64,000 nucleotides of DNA. Source: Eledone cirrhosa (taxonomy: Eukaryota). The notes under the pieces are model-generated. The model searched no databases. It was not told the origin of the DNA and was given only the letters and a program-made list of their open reading frames with translations. The stretch spans positions 8,494,001 to 8,558,000 of the forward strand of contig OZ024753.1 of the NCBI GenBank assembly GCA_964016885.1. The letters run 5' to 3'. The position numbers and the translations under genes were made by a program. Below, in pieces: positions 55,600 to 64,000 of this stretch (position 1 is its first letter; the number at the start of each line of letters is the position of its first letter).

Positions 55600-57410
55600 A
55601 TACATATACACATACACCTTCTTATTTTGGTTACCAATTTCAACAATAGAATAGGTTAACGAGATAAATTATGCCATTTCAAAATATTATTTGTATAGAG
55701 TTATTGCTATGAAGTTTATTCTTGTGAGCAATCAAACGTTTTTCATTCCCTCTCAGTAACTCTGTTCAAAGTTCTAAACTTGATGTATTTAAAATTATAT
55801 TTCTCCACCATGGTTTGTGTGGAGTAAGCTGTTAAATATCTTATAGCTGTTTTTCAATTTTGATTAGTTTTCGTTTGCCATCAAGGTTTTATGAGCAGGG
55901 GATTCACAGAATTGAACTGAAAACTATACTCCTGACTGCTTTCCTGATTTTTATTGCCTATAAGTATAGTTTAGTTGCTATGGTAACTGCCATTATCTAC
56001 TTTGAGATGTGATTATTCCCTCGAGACATCTCTGATCTGTCCTCATATGTTTTCATTACAACATGTCTATGATACATTCTTTAAACAAGTCGATTCATTC
56101 TGAACACTACTAACTAACTAACTTAATATATCTATCTGGCCCAACTACTACCTAGAATCAGAGAATCATTTTTATCTTCGAATTAACAATACAATCATTT
56201 TTATGGAAAGACATTTTGGAAAAACTATCGACAATTATTAAAGATAGATACCGAAATTAAAAGCAATATTTTGAAAGCCATGATATTTAATATATGATTC
56301 CAGAACATTCAGTGCAGAACTATCATGTCTTTTTCCATTTATAGATTTTTTTTCATGTGAAATCTTTGAATATAAAAAAAAGAATGAAAATAATAATAGT
56401 AATCTTTTTTTTTTTCTTCTAAAACTGAAAAATAGAGAAAAGAGACATTTATAAGATTTCTTCATGTGATGGGATAAAATTCCTGAGAATAGTTTGCACT
56501 AAAATTGTCACATTGACATGTAGGTCAATTAGGGAAGAATATATCAATCATTCGCTTTGTTTAGTTTTGAACTGTTTCAGCTCCACATTTGAAAAGGGGG
56601 TTATAACCCTGAAATATCATGTTGAAATATACTGGCTAAAACATTACTTTGTCTTGTTTTATTTGTCATCATTTGCCTTTGTATTTCCCTACTGCCTTGT
56701 ACTGGCTTTTAGAAACTTATCAGTCTTTTATTTCATATCTCACTATGCTTTGTATTAACTACACTTCTCTAGTCACTATGTTTGTTTTAAAGAGTGCCCA
56801 TTATTTTCACTTCTCATTGTGAACTAATATATCTTTTAATTATGGTAGTATACTGTGCTATGGTATGGGTCCATAACTCCTGAGGAGTCATAGGACTGCC
56901 ATATTGACATACAGCATTTCTTAAAATCTAGTGGGGCCCAGCCTTTCTCCAGGCCTGTAATATATTGCCTCAAAATTTATTAATACCAAGGATTAGAATA
57001 TCTATGGCTGGATGCCCTTCCTATCACCAACCATACATAGAACCAATTCATTTGCTACATAAAACATTTCTTAGAGTATTTTTTTAAAAAACCTGGCAGA
57101 GCTCTTTCTAGGCCTGTAGTATATTGCCTAAAAATTTATTAATATTAAGGATTAGAATACCTATGGCTAGATGCCCTTCCTATCACCAACCATACATAAA
57201 ACTAACTCATTTGCTATTTTGAAGTTAAAATCATATCCCCCTTTTTTTTTTAATATGGTGTTTTACTTAACATTTTCCCCAGCCACACTTGAGTTAGTAT
57301 GTAGATATATTTTTCCATATTGACAGTTTTTTGAATGAATCCTATGATATTCTACATTATTCTATCTTGGTGTATTAATGTATAAAAATTCCAAATGTTA
57401 TTCTTTGCAG

Positions 57411-57440
57411 ATTCATCTTCCCAAAACGCAGGGTCTTCAG
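57411..57440 (+). CDS. Candidate 30-nt symmetric (phase 1-1) microexon of the same gene, encoding DSSSQNAGSS
   Basis: ttattctttgcag|ATTCATCTTCCCAAAACGCAGGGTCTTCAG|gtatgc. Open and in frame when spliced to the phase-1 donor at 37034; lies in a comparatively TE-poor segment. Confidence 0.6.
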
Positions 57441-59329
57441 GTATGCATTTGTGTGCAAAAATTGCATTAGTTTAGCCAAACAATCACTAACCTTGTTAAT
57501 AATTATAATTTACAAAACTCTTAAGCCAACACTTTTTTTTTAAATTGTTCTAAAAGCCATGAAGTCATTTAATTGTTAACTTTGCAGAATTCAGTAGCAA
57601 CTTGCACTACTATTAATCAGCACATATCTTCTTGCATATAAATGATGTTACCTTTTCAAATTAGGGTAATAACTGCACAAAGATATTTATTGGAGAAAAA
57701 GAAAATGAAAAAAAAAAAATAATAAATTCTGCATGCATTTTGGTGTTTTGTTTGTTTTTATAGCAGCTAGTTGAAGCTCAATAAGAAAAAAAAAGTAATA
57801 CTAACACTAACACTAATACTAATAATAATCATAATGATAATTAATAATAATAACAATAATAATAAAAATAATAATAATAACAATAATAATGGTAAATTAA
57901 TAATGATAACAAAATAATGATAATAATAATAATAATAACAATAATAATAATAATAGTGAGGATGATAATAATAATAATCTAAAATAGAACAGATGGAATA
58001 GCATACGATTATTTGAATAAGCTGGCCCCCTTTGCATTCTTTTCACGATTTTTCTTTTACTCTTCTGAATACAATATTTCAACTATTTTACATGAATTGA
58101 AGAATCATTTAAATTTCTGTTAGATTTTTCTGTCTATTCAATACTCTAGAGTGAAAACATTAACTGATAGCATAGTAGAGAGAAACTAAGTTACTTTCAT
58201 TCTCTCCTCAAAACTAGATTTCAACTTTGACTAACTACAATGATAAAACAAACAAAAGAACTCAGATAATAAACTAATGCAATTTAATGACAATTTATGC
58301 ATTTTCTGATCAGTAAAATAAACCCAACACAAAAACACACACAAAAGAAAAAAAATGGTTTTATACAAACGACAAGAAACAGAGTGGGAGGTGATGTCAT
58401 AGTCATCAAATCAATAAATTTATTCATTTTTGCATTATTTCTTGTTAAAATAAATGCACTCTTGTATTACAAAGTCTCTTTCCACTCTGTTGAGGAATTA
58501 CAGTTAGCAATGATGCTCCATTCATTTGCTAGACTTGCTTTTGAAGAGAAAACTTGTTACTTGATCAAAATCATTGTTGTTCTTAGATAAAACTACATGA
58601 GCGAGATTTTTGTCTGTTTATTGTATTGTCTCTAAACATATCATTACTAGAATGGTAACAGTAGAGTTGGAATTACAATTGAAAAACATTATATTGATTT
58701 TTTTTTACTTCACTAGACACAAAGCAATATTTTTGTTTCATATCGGAGATATAGTTGATACCATTATGTGACTGGTATTTATTTTGCTGATATCAAAATG
58801 GATAAAAGAGAAATGAAATCAATTCTAGCCAGATTTTCCACTGAAAAACATAAAGCAATATGGTAACTCTTTAAACAGGATCAATTAAAGAGCTCTTCCA
58901 TTTATCTCACATGAGGACAGGCTGAAATATACATCTAGTGAAGCCTCCAACCCACACTGTAAAGTTGTCATGATGGAAACGCATCAAAATGCACCCAGGC
59001 CACACTGTAAAGTGGTTGTGATGGCAACACAATAAAAATAACCCAACCCACACTGTAAAGTGGTCATGTAGTTATCATAACAAAAAGCACCCAGTCTACA
59101 CTGGAAAGTGGTCATGTAGGTATCATAACAAAAAGCATCCAGTCTACACTGGAAAGTGGTCATGTAGTTATAACAAAAAGCACCCAGTCTATACTGGAAA
59201 GTGGTCATGTAGTTATCATAACAAAAAGCACCCAGTCTATACTGGAAAGTGGTTGTGTAGGTATCATAACAAAAGGCACCCAGTCTACACTGGAAAGTGG
59301 TTATATTCAAGTGTCTAAAGTCTGTCTCA

Positions 59330-59583
59330 AGGCCAGAAGCTCACCAGGCCGGTGCTTAAAACAGTTTTCATGGTATTAAGCGACATAGTACAAGACTTCC
59401 CCCTAGGAAGTCCATCGCAGGGTTAAACTCCCAGCTATTGCTGGTACCCATTTTCAGTTAAGTATACTGGAGCAACATGAAATGTAGTATTTTCCTCAAG
59501 AACACAACACACAACCCATCTCAGGAATTGAACCCATGACGTTATGGTCATAAGTCCAACTCCATTACCACTAGGCCATGCAT
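59330..59583 (-). mobile_element. Old tRNA-derived SINE with CORE-like plus V-domain-like body
   Basis: Minus strand: tggcctagtggt..gggttcaattcc head; aaatgggtaccagc..taaccctgcgatggac resembles the V-SINE domain (recalled, not searched). Confidence 0.6.
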
Positions 59584-60051
59584 GGACAACTAATGGTCTT
59601 CCACAAAACACACTGAGTTTCTAATTTGAGAGGAACATTCTAGGTAAAGATCTATGGTCAGTCATAGCCAAAAGGAACCCTCATCCTCTCCTTTTCTTCT
59701 TCCTCCCTTTCTTCATCTTCTGCCTCTTCCTCACCCTCTCCTCCTCATCCACTTCCTCCTCCCACTTCTCCTCTCTGTTGCCAGTATCAAACTATTCTCT
59801 AGTCTGATGATATAGCCTCGACATAATCCATAAGCCAAGTTCACTTTCACTCTCCTTGCCACCCACATTAAACTAGGTAGATTATGTCATTAAGTTTTGT
59901 CTTGTCTTGGTGAACTTGTGGCTCTCTTCACCCATGACTTTATCTAAACATTTACATCATTTAGTAAGCTAAACAAGCAAGCCTCTTACACTAAATCTTA
60001 AGTAATTTAAAGAAGGCCCTTGTACCTTGGTTTGTATCTCTCCCTCTCTCC

Positions 60052-60103
<52 letters not shown>

Positions 60104-60211
60104 CTATCACTCTCTCTCTCCTTTCCTTTCTTTCTCTGTATGTCTCTCTATTTCTTTCTCACTCTCTAAATCACACTTTTATCTTTCACTTTAGTTATCT
60201 ATGCATATTGC

Positions 60212-61172
<961 letters not shown>

Positions 61173-61204
61173 AAGATCAAAAGATGGTTAAAAGAGTTCC
61201 AAGT

Positions 61205-61272
61205 ATTTTATTAAGCGCATTTCAAAAACAAATATCATCATGGGATGATATTTGCGTTCTCATCAGATAAAA
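61205..61272 (-). ncRNA. Degenerate hammerhead with a long stem II
   Basis: Minus strand: ttttat-CTGATGA-gaacgcaaatatcatc-ccat-gatgatatttgttttt-GAAA-tgcgct-ta-ataaaa. Stem III and the cleavage site appear mutated. Confidence 0.55.
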
Positions 61273-61688
61273 TAGGGAGACATGATATGAAGCTTAAAAA
61301 ACACTTGCGAGCAGTGAAGTGTTAAATCAACATATGAAAAATGAAGTAAGATGGATATATGAGATTGGGATATATATATATATATATATATATTATGTGT
61401 ATGTCCAATCCTTGCAAGCAGGGAAAAGCAGACGTAAAATGATGATGATGATGATGATGATTAGAAAGTGAGGTGTTTTTCCAAATAAAAAAAGAACGAG
61501 GTGTCCTACACGAGTGAATGTATAAGGAAAACAGATGAAATCGAAAATGCAACTGGAGTGTAACCACAAACCCTCCATCTCAATTCTACTTTTAAAAAGC
61601 ACAGGAACTGCGAAACCGGTAAAGGAACCAAATAAATATATTTAAAAAAAAAAAGACTCCAGTTGCATTTTCGATTTCATCTTTTTTG

Positions 61689-61752
<64 letters not shown>

Positions 61753-62011
61753 CATAGATATATATATACATTTGTATGTATATATATATGTGTGTGTGTG
61801 TGTATGTATATATAAATATATATACATTACATTTATTTGTATATATATATATGTATGTATATAGATTTTGAGTTTATGTTGGTTGTATACCAACACCTCA
61901 GTATGCAGGCTGGAGCACTCGACGAAGTGCGTAGGTTGGTTTGGTTACTCCGGAGTAGTGTAAAATAAAGTTAAATAAAAGTCAAATGATTAAAATTTAG
62001 CTTCGTTTATT

Positions 62012-62066
62012 ACTGCTATATATATTTCAGTGACAGCCATCTTTGGCTGTGACCTCTTCAGGCAGT
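62012..62066 (-). ncRNA. Type I hammerhead
   Basis: Minus strand: ACTGC-CTGAAGA-GGTcACAGCCA-aaga-TGGCTGTcACT-GAAA-TATA-TA-ta-GCAGT. Confidence 0.7.
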
Positions 62067-62986
62067 TTGAATTAGTGTGGTATAGACAAGTACATATGTT
62101 GTTTAGGTGTATAATATTGTCAATACTCTGATATGCCCAGTTCCTGGTTGGGTTGTTATTTCACTGAGGAACTGGAGTCATATGAATTCAAACAAACGAA
62201 TTTCAGTGTCAAAGGTCCCCTTCTCCTCTCATTGGTCAGTTATTAGAACATTCCTCATTCTAAGTGTTGTTATTGTTGGAGTTAGCTTAGAAATTGATAA
62301 AATAGTAGAAGGGACAAGGTGTTAAAGGAACAAAATAACAAAAAAAGTGTCAAACTTCCCATTGGTCAGTTCTGAAAGCATTTCTCAGTCAGAAGTCTAT
62401 AGAATTCTTTCTGGGGTGAGGCTCCCTGTAGTGTTTTTGCCTGCTATTGTTCAGTACATTTATTTTGGTACTGTTGTTGGTGTAGTCGTCAGCTTATATC
62501 TTGCTGCTGCTAACAATTTAGCAGTATCCAGTTTGTGTTTTTTCTTCATCCCTCCCGCCACCATCGTAGTGGTGGTGGTGGTGGGCGGGGGGGGGGGGGG
62601 GGTTCTTCCATGTATATGAAGAAATATAAGGCAATAAATGAAGAAAACAGAAAATAAATAAATAATATAATAAAATAATTAATATAATTTGTGTAATTTG
62701 AAAATAAATAAATAAATAGAGAATAAAGAATAAATGAGAGATTGGTGAAAAAGTAATGAAAATGTATATGGAGAAGTGAGAAATAATGTAGGATAAAGTG
62801 TGTGTGTGTGTGCTATAACCAATCTCAAGGTCAGAATATGTTGGATAGATTGGTATGAGACAAGATGTTAAGATGAGATATTCAATGTGTTTGTGTTATA
62901 ATCTATCTCAACTTAAAATAAATATAAGGTGATATAGTGACGAGGGCAGAAAACAAATAACAAATTAATGTATATATATGTATGTA

Positions 62987-63019
<33 letters not shown>

Positions 63020-63359
63020 CATCATCATCATCATCATCATCATCATTTTACATCCGCTTTTCCCTGCTTGCAAGGGTGGGATGGGAACTGATTCTGGCTT
63101 GATTTCTACAGCTGGATGCCCTTCCTAACACCAACCTCATTTACAGTGAGTGCTGGGTGCTTTTTTGCCGTGGCACCTCCACGACCATTCTGCAGTGGAA
63201 TGATAGGGACCCCAGACCCTATCATCTCATTTCTACAGCTGAGTAAACTGGAGCAATGTGAAATAAAGTGTCTTGCTCAAGGAAACAACACATCACCCGG
63301 TCTGAGAATTGAACTCACAACCTTTCGATTGCAAGGCCAATGCTCTAACCACTAAGCCA

Positions 63360-63415
<56 letters not shown>

Positions 63416-63717
63416 TACACCTCCTCTGTCTCTCTCACACACACATACACTCATGTATATTTTAACTTTTTAACTGCTATAAATTCATCAATTGTTCCAA
63501 CATAAGTTTTTCCAGTAGTCTGTAAGAACACAAAAAAGATGGGCTTCAAATTCTAGGGAATTTGCCAGAGTTCTCTTTACCATGGAATCACTTTACCAAA
63601 ACCATCTTGGAATTTCTTTTATCATTTCATTTTAAACTCTTTTCCTTAACACACACGAGATTAATATTGCAGTGAGTTATAATGAAATAAATGATAAAGA
63701 AAAACAAGATGAAAGAC

Positions 63718-64000
63718 TACATGACTTTCGGAAACATTTTTGCACGCTCAGAGTTGCTGAAGCATGGAACAAATTACCTGCATCAGTTGTTAGTTTTCAA
63801 AACACTGCATCTTTTAAAACCTCCATGCTTCCTGAGATTCGCCAACACTACACCTAATATTTCCCCTCCATACCCCCATGTATATCATGACTCATACGCT
63901 ATTCACTTCCCTGACATTTGTATATTATTCTATGTACTATACATGCACCTTTGATGAGTTGTAGTTCACCTGAGCACTGTACACAATAATTTCATTATTA
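63718..64000 (+). mobile_element. Second copy of the same CR1-clade LINE 3' end
   Basis: HDFRKHFCTLRVAEAWNKLPASVVSFQNTASFK; 3' UTR ..cacctgagcactgtacacaataatttcattatta. Confidence 0.85.

Noticed and set aside
62100-62940. Possible Penelope GIY-YIG coding end upstream of the 62012-62066 hammerhead on the minus strand
   Set aside because: Only frameshifted hints; no convincing motif could be read.

Overview
AT-rich, repeat-saturated eukaryotic DNA, most likely from a coleoid cephalopod (octopod). This is inferred from the tRNA-derived CORE-type SINEs with (ATG)n tails and the very long (TA)n/(CA)n tracts. The window is almost entirely intronic. I find one clear coding exon (36827-37034, +), encoding the C-terminal part of a Dpr/ZIG-8-like Ig domain, plus a frame-compatible candidate 30-nt microexon (57411-57440). 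Nearly all ORFs in the supplied track are translated microsatellites. The rest is SINEs, RTE and CR1 LINE tails, two complete non-autonomous Helitrons, a Helitron coding relic, TTAA-flanked piggyBac-like MITEs and many mini/microsatellites. The most striking hidden signal is a set of roughly ten short element families with different sequences. They sit almost only in (TA)n tracts, are often fold-back palindromes, and carry hammerhead-ribozyme cores (CTGA[T/A]GA-stem II-GAAA-stem III-NUH). One ribozyme (51765-51824) is structurally complete by eye. These look like Penelope-like (PLE) pseudo-LTR relics or non-autonomous retrozymes. All structures were inferred by manual base-pairing; no folding or database searches were run.
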